Below, in pieces: positions 19,040 to 28,433 of a stretch of DNA of 64,000 nucleotides. Location of the stretch: positions 31,494-95,493 of IMG/VR virus record IMGVR_UViG_3300037264_007554; one strand, given 5' to 3'. The position numbers and the translations under genes are program-made. Under the pieces are notes generated by a model. It did not search any database and was not told the DNA's origin. It was given only the letters and a program-made list of their open reading frames with translations. The first letter of the stretch is position 1, and each line of letters starts with the position of its first letter. This DNA is from a virus.

Positions 19040-19858
19040 ATGACGACACCAGACCTGAAGAGCTACGATGTGATTTTGGTGAACAGCAGCGCGGGCAAGG
19101 ACAGCCAGGCGATGCTCGACTACGTGGTGGCGCTCGCGACGGCCGCCGGGGTGCGTGACCGGGTGTCGGTCGTGCACTGCGATCTCGGGCGCGTCGAGTG
19201 GCAGGGCACCTTAGCCCTGGCCGAGCGCCAGGCCGCCCACTACGGTGTGCCGTTCCGGGCCGTCTCCCGGCCGCAGGGTGACCTGCTCACCCACATCGAG
19301 ACCCGCGGCAAGTTCCCGTCGTCCACGGCCCGCTACTGCACGAGCGACCACAAGCGCGGCCAGGTCCGGCGCGTGATGACGGCCCTGACCGACGCGGTCC
19401 GCGCGACGGGCGGCACGACCGGGCGCCCGGTGCGCATCCTGAATTGCATGGGGATCCGAGCCGACGAGAGCCCGGCGCGCGCCAAGAAAATCGACTTCCA
19501 GCGCGACGAGAAGGCCAGCAACGGTCGCCGCTCCGTCGATGCCTGGCTCCCGATCTTCACCTGGACCGTCTCCCAGGTCTGGGATCGCATCAAGGCGTCG
19601 GGCGTCGAGCACCACCGCGCGTACGATCTCGGCATGAAGCGCCTGTCGTGCGTGTTCTGCATCTTCGCTCCCAAGCCCGCGCTGCTGATCGCCGGTGCGC
19701 ACAACCCCGAACTGCTCGCCGAGTACGTGCGGGTCGAGGAGAAGATCGGCCACGACTTCCGCAAGGGCTTCAAGCTGCGAGTCATCCAGGACGAGATCGC
19801 GGCGGGCGTCGACACGGCGAAGCTCGCCGACAGCGACACCGGCTGCTGGAACATGTAA
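19040..19858 (+). CDS. PAPS reductase family protein
   Basis: SSAGKDS PP-loop, RYCT..K, GIRADES..RA, RLSCVFC. Confidence 0.85.
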   Translation: MTTPDLKSYDVILVNSSAGKDSQAMLDYVVALATAAGVRDRVSVVHCDLGRVEWQGTLALAERQAAHYGVPFRAVSRPQGDLLTHIETRGKFPSSTARYCTSDHKRGQVRRVMTALTDAVRATGGTTGRPVRILNCMGIRADESPARAKKIDFQRDEKASNGRRSVDAWLPIFTWTVSQVWDRIKASGVEHHRAYDLGMKRLSCVFCIFAPKPALLIAGAHNPELLAEYVRVEEKIGHDFRKGFKLRVIQDEIAAGVDTAKLADSDTGCWNM

Positions 19859-19879
19859 CACCGGAAAGGGACACCGACC

Positions 19880-21028
19880 ATGAAAACAGTTCTCAGTTTC
19901 GGGATGGGCGTCGACAGCGCGGCGATCTTGCTGCGTTGGCTCGATGATCCGGCCTCGCGCGACTTCGACCTCGCCGACCTCATCGTCATCACGGCCATGA
20001 CAGGCGACGAATTCGAGCAGACCCGCATCGACTGTGAAACCCACATCCTGCCGCGCCTGCGGGCCGCTGGCGTGCGTTTCGTGCAGGTCGCGCGCGGCAA
20101 CCGCCAGGGCATGCTGGCCGTCCTTGACGACAGCCGCGCGCCCCAGGCAGTGCTCCTCGAAGGTTGGTACAAGCTGTCGCAGGAATGGGAGGAGTCCGGC
20201 ACCATCCAGGCCACGGCTGGACAGCGGCTGTGCAGCATCCACGCCAAGGGCGAGATCCTCGACAAGTGGCTGCTGCAGGAGTTCGGCAACCAGCCGTTCC
20301 GCCACGTGATCGGGTTCGAGTGCAACGAGACCGGCCGCCGCGACAAGGACGCAGCCCAAACGCGCGCGACCCAGCCGGACAAAGCCAACCGGATGCCGAA
20401 CAGAGTTCCCTGCTACCCGCTCATCGACTGGGCATGGGACCGGCAACGCTGCATCAACTACATCGCTTCGGTGACGAGCGCGGCCTGGGAGAAATCCTGC
20501 TGCGGCTACTGCCCGTTCGCCGGACAAAACAAGGCCGGGCGCGCGGACTTCGTGCGCCGCTTCCGCCGCGAGCCGGACCGCGCGGCGCAAGCGATCTGGC
20601 TCGAACACAACGCCCTGGCCTTCCACGACGGCATGAAGCTCTACAAGACCACCACCGTGCGCCAGGTGTGCAAGGATGAAGGTCTCACCGACGGGCTGAA
20701 GTTGTTCGACGAGAAGCTCGCGGCCGTCTCGGAGTGGTCCGTCTACCGCGTCGGCCGCGTCTACAACGGTGCGGCCGTGCCGCCCCGCTCGATTGTGAAA
20801 GAGGGCACCGGCAGCCGCGCGGCGATGCTGTCGCTGCTCTCGACGTTCGGACAGGTCGAAGTGGACGAACACGACCACCACCGGGTTCACCTTTCGCACA
20901 GGCCCGCACCAAAGCGTCAAGGCGTCGAGGAATACCTCGTGGTGGCCCCGGCGCACGTGCACGAGAAGACGAACAAGGCGTTCGTGAACGCGCGGGCAAG
21001 GCTGGCGGGGCTCGTGGTCGCGGCCTGA
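19880..21028 (+). CDS. PP-loop adenine nucleotide alpha-hydrolase (PAPS reductase-like)
   Basis: SFGMGVDS, RLCS..AK, YPLIDW, KSCCGYCPF. Confidence 0.7.
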   Translation: MKTVLSFGMGVDSAAILLRWLDDPASRDFDLADLIVITAMTGDEFEQTRIDCETHILPRLRAAGVRFVQVARGNRQGMLAVLDDSRAPQAVLLEGWYKLSQEWEESGTIQATAGQRLCSIHAKGEILDKWLLQEFGNQPFRHVIGFECNETGRRDKDAAQTRATQPDKANRMPNRVPCYPLIDWAWDRQRCINYIASVTSAAWEKSCCGYCPFAGQNKAGRADFVRRFRREPDRAAQAIWLEHNALAFHDGMKLYKTTTVRQVCKDEGLTDGLKLFDEKLAAVSEWSVYRVGRVYNGAAVPPRSIVKEGTGSRAAMLSLLSTFGQVEVDEHDHHRVHLSHRPAPKRQGVEEYLVVAPAHVHEKTNKAFVNARARLAGLVVAA

Positions 21029-21032
21029 ATAA

Positions 21033-21046
21033 TTCTCAAATAAGAA
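21033..21046 (+). repeat. 14-bp direct repeat, right copy
   Basis: Identical to 15619-15632. Confidence 0.85.
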
Positions 21047-21075
21047 CGTCTCATCAAAACTGAAAGGGGCGCATC

Positions 21076-21525
21076 ATGACCACACCAATCAAAGCCATCC
21101 ACATCGAGCGCGCCGAAGGCACCGACGAAGACTGCCGCGCGGGCCAGGGCGTGCACGCTGACTGGGCGAGCGCAGAGGCTCACATCAAACGCATGGCACG
21201 CACGGCGCCCGAGGGTGGCGGCTACGACAAGACCGACATTCGCGTCGAGTGGGCCGACGGCGAGAGCTACGCCTGGCGCTTCGACATGACCCGCGAACAC
21301 GCGACCGATCCGGCGCCGCTCGCGAGCGAACTGCGCAGCATCTCATCCTGCTGGGCCGGGCGCCGCTGCCCTGATCATCTGGATGCAGCCGAGTACCTCA
21401 AGCTACGCGAACGCTTCGCGAAGTACACAGAGACAACGCGTGAAGCGCGCGACGCGGCCTTCGGCCACCTGCTCGACGAATACGAGATCGGGGCATGCAC
21501 CATACGAGAGGAAACACGAACATGA
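21076..21525 (+). CDS. Hypothetical early protein (LPD25-like GYDKT motif)
   Basis: GGGYDKTDIRVEWADGESY; RBS. Confidence 0.5.
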   Translation: MTTPIKAIHIERAEGTDEDCRAGQGVHADWASAEAHIKRMARTAPEGGGYDKTDIRVEWADGESYAWRFDMTREHATDPAPLASELRSISSCWAGRRCPDHLDAAEYLKLRERFAKYTETTREARDAAFGHLLDEYEIGACTIREETRT

Positions 21526-22028
21526 AAATCACTCCGGAAAAATGCCGAGCCTGCAGCGCCGCGCGCTACGTAAAAAACGACAACACAGCAACGTGCGACG
21601 GGCACAAGAATGGCGCTGTGCAGCCCTCCACGCCGACGCAACCGAAACCACCGAAGCCTTGGAAACCTGGCGACGCGATCAACCCCCAGAGCGTCGACGC
21701 GGATTCTCTCGGCGACATCTTGCTCGTGCTCCAGAACGTACTAGATCACATGAAGCACCCGCGCAAGATCGCGCTCGACAAGGAAAAAATTGAACGCGCG
21801 CTCGACGATGCGAGAGGTTTAGCCGAAGACCTGGGCAAGCTGTCCGGCAACGCGGCCGACGCAGAAAACTACATCGACGAGAACTGGAACGAGAGCGCCG
21901 TCGACGCGCTCGACACACTCCGTGATGCCCTGACCGACAACCTCCCGCCCTGGGTGTGGTCCGAGGCTCTGGATGCGGCGGAAAAAGGTGATACCATTCG
22001 TGTGCGGAAAGTGTTCGAGCTGTCATGA
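21522..22028 (+). CDS. Hypothetical protein
   Basis: RBS GAGG; coupled. Confidence 0.55.
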   Translation: MKITPEKCRACSAARYVKNDNTATCDGHKNGAVQPSTPTQPKPPKPWKPGDAINPQSVDADSLGDILLVLQNVLDHMKHPRKIALDKEKIERALDDARGLAEDLGKLSGNAADAENYIDENWNESAVDALDTLRDALTDNLPPWVWSEALDAAEKGDTIRVRKVFELS

Positions 22029-22408
22029 ACCTCGACGATCTTGTGGGCAAACGCTGGGCCTTTTACGGCGTGGACAACAACACGTTCCGGATTCGAGAGA
22101 TCGGAACCCGCAACACAATCACGCTCGAAGTTGTCGAAGACAAAGAGGACGGATACCGATCTTCTCTCGACAAATTGAGAACGATCGACAGCCCTGCCGA
22201 ACTGAAGAAACTCATTTTCTTCAAACGCCCGGTCGTCACCTTGACTGGGCGTAGCGCCGAAAACGATGCCAACATCGTCGAGCTATACAGCGGGACAGAC
22301 TTCGTCTGGCTACGCATCGGAACCGACGAGAGCGACTCCTACTACCCTACCTTCGTCTTCAGCTACAACACGCCGGAAGACGCGAGCATCGAGGCGCTGG
22401 TACGATGA
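22025..22408 (+). CDS. Hypothetical protein
   Basis: Coupled ORF. Confidence 0.6.
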   Translation: MNLDDLVGKRWAFYGVDNNTFRIREIGTRNTITLEVVEDKEDGYRSSLDKLRTIDSPAELKKLIFFKRPVVTLTGRSAENDANIVELYSGTDFVWLRIGTDESDSYYPTFVFSYNTPEDASIEALVR

Positions 22409-22596
22409 CCTGGGACAGAGTCAACGAGCTGCTCGACGCCGGGCAAGACGCCCACGCGATCGAACTCGCGCACAACCTGGCGGCATCCTTACAGCGGCAC
22501 ACGGACGCCCCGCGCTTCACCCGGCTGCCAAACTACCGAGACATCGAAGTGCTCGACCGAGTGAAGGCCGCGCTGATTCGCAAGGTGCTGTCGTGA
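22405..22596 (+). CDS. Hypothetical protein
   Basis: Coupled ORF. Confidence 0.5.
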   Translation: MTWDRVNELLDAGQDAHAIELAHNLAASLQRHTDAPRFTRLPNYRDIEVLDRVKAALIRKVLS

Positions 22597-22874
22597 GCTA
22601 CATCGCGATCCAGGTCACCGAGGAAGGCGGCGAGGAAATTCTCGGCGCGGCTCTCAGCCTCGAACTGCTACGGACGCAAGTGATCGAAGACGTGACCGCG
22701 CTCTACATCGAGCAAGTGACGACCGACAAGGACAGAGAAGCGATCTGCGTCCTCATGGAAGAAGGGGTCGACAACCGGGTCGCCCTGCACACCGTGCTAG
22801 GGCCGGACTTCCCGCTGCGCCTGATGCGTTTCGTGAACGACGTCCTGGCGTCGGTGAAGTTCGAGCCTGCCTAG
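22593..22874 (+). CDS. Hypothetical protein
   Basis: GTG start overlapping previous stop. Confidence 0.5.
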   Translation: MSYIAIQVTEEGGEEILGAALSLELLRTQVIEDVTALYIEQVTTDKDREAICVLMEEGVDNRVALHTVLGPDFPLRLMRFVNDVLASVKFEPA

Positions 22875-23124
22875 TCTCCGCTCTCTTCGCCCTCTTCACC
22901 CTCGTGCGCGTACCACCAACCCTTTTCCCAGAGCGTGTACAGATCCTTTTCCTTGTCAATCGTGTGCGGGTTGCCGTTGAGCCGTCCACCGGCCTGCGCG
23001 AAGTCGAAGCCCGCGGCGTACGGATCACCCGGAGCCTCGAACACCCGATGACGAACGCCCCGTACACGACGGCGTCCTACCGGTCGCGGGCGCTCTGCGA
23101 GTGCGGGCACAGGTGCCACGGCGG

Positions 23125-23271
23125 CTAACGCTTGCACGCGTTGAAGCGCTTCATGCAGTGGCTGGCCTTTCGGCGGCCTCCCTTACCCCGCATGCAGTGC
23201 GAGAGGGCTTGCTTGCAGTGACCTGGAGCGGCCTTCGCCGCGCGCGCGGCGCCGGTGAGTCGTCTTGCCAT
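23125..23271 (-). CDS. 48-aa basic twin-CX6C protein
   Basis: MARRLTGAARAAKAAPGHCKQALSHC..SHCMKRFNACKR; taatTTGACA-N18-TAGCCT-N7-ATG. Confidence 0.7.
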   Translation of the reverse strand: MARRLTGAARAAKAAPGHCKQALSHCMRGKGGRRKASHCMKRFNACKR

Positions 23272-23317
23272 GCGTCGAAGGCTACGCGAAGCCTCGAACG
23301 CTTGTCAAATTAGGTGG

Positions 23318-25381
23318 CTACGCCTGCGCGACTTGCCCTTGGTGACCGGCCCCCGGAGGCGGCCGCAACTGGGCTTCGAGCGCCTCGACGATAGCGCCGT
23401 GGCTCTCGTCTTCCAGTTCGGGGAACAGCCTCTCGACCAAGATGTCCAGGTGCTTGCCGTTCAACACCTCGATGCACGGCGGGACCATCCCGAGGGACAT
23501 GAGTTGCTGCCGGGCCATCATCACGAACTGCGCGACTTGCTCCGGCGTGGTTTCTTCCAGCGCCTTGCGCAATTCCAGGACGTTGTTGTGCGCCGGTCCG
23601 AAAAAGTCTTCGTCCGAAAGCTCGTCGGTGAGTTGCCGGATGACCTCGGTCGGGGCCCCCACGATGGGGATCGCCGGAGGCCCCGCGGGCGTGACGACCA
23701 TACCGGTCGGAGACACGACGGCGTCCGGAACCACCGGCGCGGGAGCCGGAGCAGCAACGCGTCGCTTCCGCGGCGCCGGAGCGGCGGTCTGGGGCGGAGG
23801 GGCGACGGCCGCGGCGGGCGGCGGCGCGACAGCGGCCGGAGGGTAGACGACGGCCGCGACAGCCTCACGCTGTTGATCTGCAGCCGGGACCGGCCCGAAC
23901 ACCTGATCCGCGATGCGGTCCCGCTCGGCATCATTCGCCGTCCGTCCGGGGACGGCCGCCGGAGGCGCGGCCTGCGCCACCTGGGGGGCCTGGGGGGCCT
24001 GTTGCACCTGCTGCGGTTGCTGGCGCTGCGGCTGCGGCTGCTGCACCTGCTGACGCTGCGGCTGTTGCTGTTGCTGCGGGGGCTGGTACTGCGGCCGCTG
24101 CGGTTGCTGTGCCTGAGCCATCTCCCGGGCCTTGGTGGCGGCGTACATCTGGGCGACGCGGCCGAGCGCCTGGACACCTTCCTGCGCGACCGGCAGCCAG
24201 GCCGGGCCGCCCGACTGCGAGTACATCTCGGCCTGCTCTTTCACGAGACCCTTGGCCATGCCGAACAGGTTCTGGAACATCTCGACCATCGACGAGTTGA
24301 TCTTGTCGTTTGATGTCGTGTCCTTCGCCGTCTTGATCATCTCGACGATCTGCAGCGGGGTCATGATCGATCCGCCGAGCCGATCCGCGATGATCTGCGC
24401 GTGCCGCTCCGACGCGGACGCCTGAGCCGTCGCCGACGCCTGGACTGCTTTCGACGTCTCGGCTCCGGCGGCCATCGCCGACGTCATGACCTGGGTCAAC
24501 ATCATCAGCATCGGGTCGGACTTGTTGGCCGTGGTCTCTCGTACCAGCGCCTCCAGCCGATCCGCCGATGCCTTCATCTCGGTGCGCAGGTTGGTCTCGC
24601 GTTGCAACTCGTCGCTGCGCCGACGCTGTTCGTCCAGATCACGTTGCAGTCTCAACTCAGTCTCCGACGGACCGGAAGGCTTCGCCGTCAATTTTTCGAT
24701 CAGCGTTTCCATTCGCTGCCGATCTTCTGCGGCCCGCCGCTCGACCCCTGCGATGAGATCTGCCGTCTCCCGCGCGCGCGCATCTTCCCGGATTTTGTCT
24801 TCCAGAACTTTCACCCGATCGTTCGCATCGGTCGCAGGGTAACTGCCCCAGGGCGGAATCTGGCCGGGCTGCAGCGGCGGGATCGCGCTGGCCGCCGGAC
24901 TGGCGTGACCTCCGGGGATCTGCTCGCCGGGCTTCCAATTGAAGACCATCCGCTGCGGCGTCGTCAACGTCCCCAGCTCGGGGTTGTAGAAGTAGCCGTG
25001 GCCCATCGGGATGCAGCCCTCGGGCACGGGAATGCTGGCGGCCCCTTGCGGGCCGGACGCGGGAACTCCGGGTACGCTCATCAGGTTTGCCTCCGGGACT
25101 TCGGCGCCGAGGCGCACGGTCCATTCGTCTTTTTCCGAACTGCCTTCATCGTGAACCTCGAAATGGTACGTGCCCGGCCCGGCCCCGACGGTCACCGGCA
25201 GCGACTTGTGCAGCTCTGTGATCTGATCGAGCGACGCGTTCTTGATCATCGGCACGACGAGATGCCCGGGGCCCCGCGCGATCCCCTGCCGCGTGACGGT
25301 CACCATCCGCGACGTCATGTTCTGGATCTTCGAGATGTCCGGAGTCGACTTCAGGGGGGCGACGGTCACGGAAGTTGCCAT
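23318..25381 (-). CDS. Large coiled-coil, Gln/Pro-rich hypothetical protein
   Basis: 687-aa ORF with plausible composition and its own promoter. Confidence 0.7.
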   Translation of the reverse strand: MATSVTVAPLKSTPDISKIQNMTSRMVTVTRQGIARGPGHLVVPMIKNASLDQITELHKSLPVTVGAGPGTYHFEVHDEGSSEKDEWTVRLGAEVPEANLMSVPGVPASGPQGAASIPVPEGCIPMGHGYFYNPELGTLTTPQRMVFNWKPGEQIPGGHASPAASAIPPLQPGQIPPWGSYPATDANDRVKVLEDKIREDARARETADLIAGVERRAAEDRQRMETLIEKLTAKPSGPSETELRLQRDLDEQRRRSDELQRETNLRTEMKASADRLEALVRETTANKSDPMLMMLTQVMTSAMAAGAETSKAVQASATAQASASERHAQIIADRLGGSIMTPLQIVEMIKTAKDTTSNDKINSSMVEMFQNLFGMAKGLVKEQAEMYSQSGGPAWLPVAQEGVQALGRVAQMYAATKAREMAQAQQPQRPQYQPPQQQQQPQRQQVQQPQPQRQQPQQVQQAPQAPQVAQAAPPAAVPGRTANDAERDRIADQVFGPVPAADQQREAVAAVVYPPAAVAPPPAAAVAPPPQTAAPAPRKRRVAAPAPAPVVPDAVVSPTGMVVTPAGPPAIPIVGAPTEVIRQLTDELSDEDFFGPAHNNVLELRKALEETTPEQVAQFVMMARQQLMSLGMVPPCIEVLNGKHLDILVERLFPELEDESHGAIVEALEAQLRPPPGAGHQGQVAQA

Positions 25382-25459
25382 TGCTGTACGAGTATCAGTA
25401 CCGGCCGCGCAGAGTCAAGAGCCTTGACGGGGCCTCGGATTTCCGGCTACAAGGACACA

Positions 25460-25831
25460 GTGACGATAGGCGAAACGGGATGGCAGCCGATCCGGCCGAC
25501 CGGCGGCGACGGCGACCGCGGCGCGGCCGGAAAAGTCGAAATGATCTCCGGCCTTGAGGACCGGCCCTGCGTGATGTGCAAGTCCTGGGAATACGACGTG
25601 CCGAAGCTCATCCGGCACTTGATGTCGAAAAAACTCACGCTGCTGCCCAACGGGCACTTCCTGACGCCGATCGCCAAAGACTTCCCCGGCCGGAAGTCCC
25701 TCATCCTCGATCCGGTGAAAAACGGCTTCTGCCGTTACGAGTGTAGCGTGACGGAGGATCTTGCTACGTGTGAAAATTGGAACCCTGTGCGTACAGTTTC
25801 CGAGCTACAGAGCCGACTCAAACGCCGATGA
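25460..25831 (+). CDS. Hypothetical Cys-containing protein
   Basis: TTGACG-N18-TACAAG-N6-GTG; CVMC motif. Confidence 0.55.
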   Translation: MTIGETGWQPIRPTGGDGDRGAAGKVEMISGLEDRPCVMCKSWEYDVPKLIRHLMSKKLTLLPNGHFLTPIAKDFPGRKSLILDPVKNGFCRYECSVTEDLATCENWNPVRTVSELQSRLKRR

Positions 25832-26151
25832 TACAGCTACAGCAAGTCGCCCTGTTCGCGATCCTGTGCGCCGTCATCCACTGGTTCGTCGCACGGTCGT
25901 CGATCATGCGTTGGTTCTGGGGCCGGGCCACCGGTTGGCTTGCGGAATTGCTTGTCTGCCCCGCTTGTTTTGGATTCTGGACTGGCCTGCTGCTCGATGT
26001 TACAGGTATATCACCGCTCGGACCGTCGCAGCACTGGGGCGAAGTGCTGCTGTCCGGAGCGCTCGGGCTTTTCTTCACCCCGCTCGCGGAGGCCCTGCTT
26101 CTCTGGGGGATCGACAAGGCGGCCGTGCGCGAGGCGCCGCCCGAGGGCTAA
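25828..26151 (+). CDS. Membrane protein with CPAC motif (DUF1360-like)
   Basis: LAELLVCPACFGFW at the start of a TM helix; three hydrophobic segments. Confidence 0.65.
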   Translation: MIQLQQVALFAILCAVIHWFVARSSIMRWFWGRATGWLAELLVCPACFGFWTGLLLDVTGISPLGPSQHWGEVLLSGALGLFFTPLAEALLLWGIDKAAVREAPPEG

Positions 26152-26378
26152 CCCCGCTCAGCCTTGGCAATCCCCTCTTCGAGCCGCTCCGCTGCGCTCC
26201 TCAACGCCTGAACCATCAACTTCGCATCCTCTGTGGTCATGTGGCTACGAGCCCAAGCGATGCTCCTGTCGCCCCCGAGCGTCTGCGTTGCGGCCAGAGC
26301 TTCGTGTTCCTTCTGAAAATTCTCACGTAAACGCGTCGCCCCGCATGCTGCGCACCGCAAGTGTTCCCGAGTGACCAT
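26148..26378 (-). CDS. Hypothetical CxxC protein
   Basis: LRCAACG. Confidence 0.4.
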   Translation of the reverse strand: MVTREHLRCAACGATRLRENFQKEHEALAATQTLGGDRSIAWARSHMTTEDAKLMVQALRSAAERLEEGIAKAERG

Positions 26379-26461
26379 CTCACTACTGAGTTTACCACCG
26401 GTTGGCCCCCTGCCGCTTGGCCCCCTTGACGCCGTAGACACCCCTGGTGTACCCCTACCGC

Positions 26462-26662
26462 ATGCCCCGAGCTAAACCGGCCGAAAAAGAGTTTCCCGAG
26501 CGCGACGTCGTCTCCTCGGATCTGCGCGACGGCCAGGGCCGGGTGGCGCCGCCGGTGATGGTGAAGCTCTGGGTGTTGAAGCTCTCCTGCGGCCACGAAG
26601 AGATCCGCGTCGCGGCCAAAGGCAAGGACGCCCCCACGAAAGTCCACTGCGGAAGTTGCTGA
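26462..26662 (+). CDS. Small Zn-ribbon-like protein
   Basis: LSCGH..HCGSC. Confidence 0.5.
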   Translation: MPRAKPAEKEFPERDVVSSDLRDGQGRVAPPVMVKLWVLKLSCGHEEIRVAAKGKDAPTKVHCGSC

Positions 26663-26711
26663 CAACAATTTTTTGTTGACGGCCGCCGCGCGCCGGTGGT
26701 GTAGTGCGGCC

Positions 26712-26945
26712 ATGAAGCGCAGGGGGATCACCGCAGGCGTCGTCGAGGATTCCGAAGGCTCCGAACACGGCTACTGGGCCACGGTGCTCAACCGGCGCGG
26801 GGAAGTCATCTGGCACTCCGACACGTCGTCCCCTGACATAGTCGCGGCCTTCGCGGCTGCGGCTGAAAAGAAAAAAGAGATGGTCGCGGCCAAGGACGCG
26901 CCGACGGCAGAACCGTCCCAGAGTAAGGGCAAGGGCAAAAAGTGA
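26712..26945 (+). CDS. Hypothetical protein
   Basis: TTGACG-N18-TGTAGT-N6-ATG. Confidence 0.5.
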   Translation: MKRRGITAGVVEDSEGSEHGYWATVLNRRGEVIWHSDTSSPDIVAAFAAAAEKKKEMVAAKDAPTAEPSQSKGKGKK

Positions 26946-26963
26946 GCTGAAGGAGCAACGAAC

Positions 26964-27335
26964 ATGGACCGACGAGATCTTCCTCCCGATTTGTACATGG
27001 CGAATCTCTTGAAGGACGCCCAGAAGCAGCGCGTCCCTCTGATCGCGATCTACTCCACGCTCGAAAACGAAAAGCTGATGCTCAAGGTCGTCGCGAACTG
27101 CGGCGAAGCCATCATGAAGCAACTCTGGGGTCAGGTCTTCCCGCTCACCGACGCGGCCATCGAGACCGCGGCGAAAGCGCTCGCGGCGACGGAAGGACAA
27201 AACTGGGACGGCCTCGACGACGGCCCCCGCGCGGCCTTCCTCTCCATCGCACGGACGGCCGTGACTGCGGCCTACCGCGCCCACGCTCCGAAACTGCCCG
27301 CGGCAGAGCCTACACCGATCATCAAGCCTGCGTGA
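26964..27335 (+). CDS. Hypothetical protein
   Basis: RBS AAGGAG. Confidence 0.6.
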   Translation: MDRRDLPPDLYMANLLKDAQKQRVPLIAIYSTLENEKLMLKVVANCGEAIMKQLWGQVFPLTDAAIETAAKALAATEGQNWDGLDDGPRAAFLSIARTAVTAAYRAHAPKLPAAEPTPIIKPA

Positions 27336-28210
27336 TAGACGGTAGCGAAGATAATAAAGTGAAACGGATTGCTCTTGGTGAAGACATTCAATTATTGGAG
27401 GGGGATTCGCGAACAATTCTAACTACCATACCGGGCGAGACTTTTCAGTGTTGTGTTTCAAGCCCGCCATATTGGGGTCTCAGGGATTACAGCGTTGACG
27501 GCCAGATCGGTGCGGAGGCCGCGATAGGCGACTATCTCAGCGCCCTGGTAGCGATTTTCCGTGAAGTACGCCGCACCCTGCGTCGCGACGGAATGCTATG
27601 GCTTAACGTTGGCGATTCGTTCACAAGCGGAGATCGCGGCTGGCGAGCGCCAGATAAGAAAAACCGGGCGCGAGCCATGACCTATCGGCCCCCGACACCG
27701 GAAGGGCTCAAGCCAAAGGATCTGATCGGGGTGCCATGGCGACTGGCGCTGGCACTCCAACAGGATGGCTGGTTTCTCCGCTCAGACATCATCTGGAACA
27801 AACCAAACTGCCAACCGGAATCCGTCAAAGACCGGCCGACTCGTTCCCATGAATACATTTTCCTCATGAGCAAATCTGAATCGTACTTTTATGACCATGC
27901 GGCCATCGTCGAGCCTGCGGCCAACGGACAGACAAAGAATCGACGAACGGTTTGGAACATCAACACCAATGGTTTCCATGGCGCACACTTCGCCGTGTTT
28001 CCCCCCGAATTGGTGCGCCTCTGCATCCTCGCAGGATCAAAACCCGGCGACCTTGTGCTCGATCCTTTTTTCGGGTCCGGTACGGTAGGGTTAGTTTGCC
28101 GCGAACAGAGACGACGATGCGTTGGGATCGAGCTGAATCCTGAATACGTAGAGATCGCGAAAAAACGGATAGCCGGATTGATCATGCAACCCGGCGGACC
28201 CACTACCTGA
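27332..28210 (+). CDS. DNA N4/N6 methyltransferase (beta class)
   Basis: SSPPYW, HFAVFP, VLDPFFGSGT. Confidence 0.92.
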   Translation: MIDGSEDNKVKRIALGEDIQLLEGDSRTILTTIPGETFQCCVSSPPYWGLRDYSVDGQIGAEAAIGDYLSALVAIFREVRRTLRRDGMLWLNVGDSFTSGDRGWRAPDKKNRARAMTYRPPTPEGLKPKDLIGVPWRLALALQQDGWFLRSDIIWNKPNCQPESVKDRPTRSHEYIFLMSKSESYFYDHAAIVEPAANGQTKNRRTVWNINTNGFHGAHFAVFPPELVRLCILAGSKPGDLVLDPFFGSGTVGLVCREQRRRCVGIELNPEYVEIAKKRIAGLIMQPGGPTT

Positions 28211-28223
28211 TAGACTCCGCGCC

Positions 28224-28433
28224 ATGGATCAATTTCTTGCCCAGGTTTCCTCTCTCGCACAGAAGAGCGGGATCCGCAGTCTCGTGATCGGCTGCCGCGA
28301 CCCCCAGTCCGGCAACGTGAAAGTCTTGACCACGGCCGGAGCTGTCGAAGATCTCAAAGTCGCCGTCGCGCAGAAGTTCGGCCTGACCGATCCGGCGCAC
28401 GCCGAAACCGAAGTGGGCTGGGGCGGGGCCTAA
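28224..28433 (+). CDS. Hypothetical protein
   Basis: Short ORF continuing the operon. Confidence 0.45.
   Translation: MDQFLAQVSSLAQKSGIRSLVIGCRDPQSGNVKVLTTAGAVEDLKVAVAQKFGLTDPAHAETEVGWGGA

Noticed and set aside
19211-20962. Long antisense or overlapping ORFs (also 5482-6993, 24401-25459, 23255-24313, 17314-18567)
   Set aside because: Shadow frames of GC-rich genes with no motifs or RBS
27315-28210. Target duplication around the first methylase (IIKPA versus IMQPG)
   Set aside because: Similarity too short to support, although lower GC suggests recent acquisition
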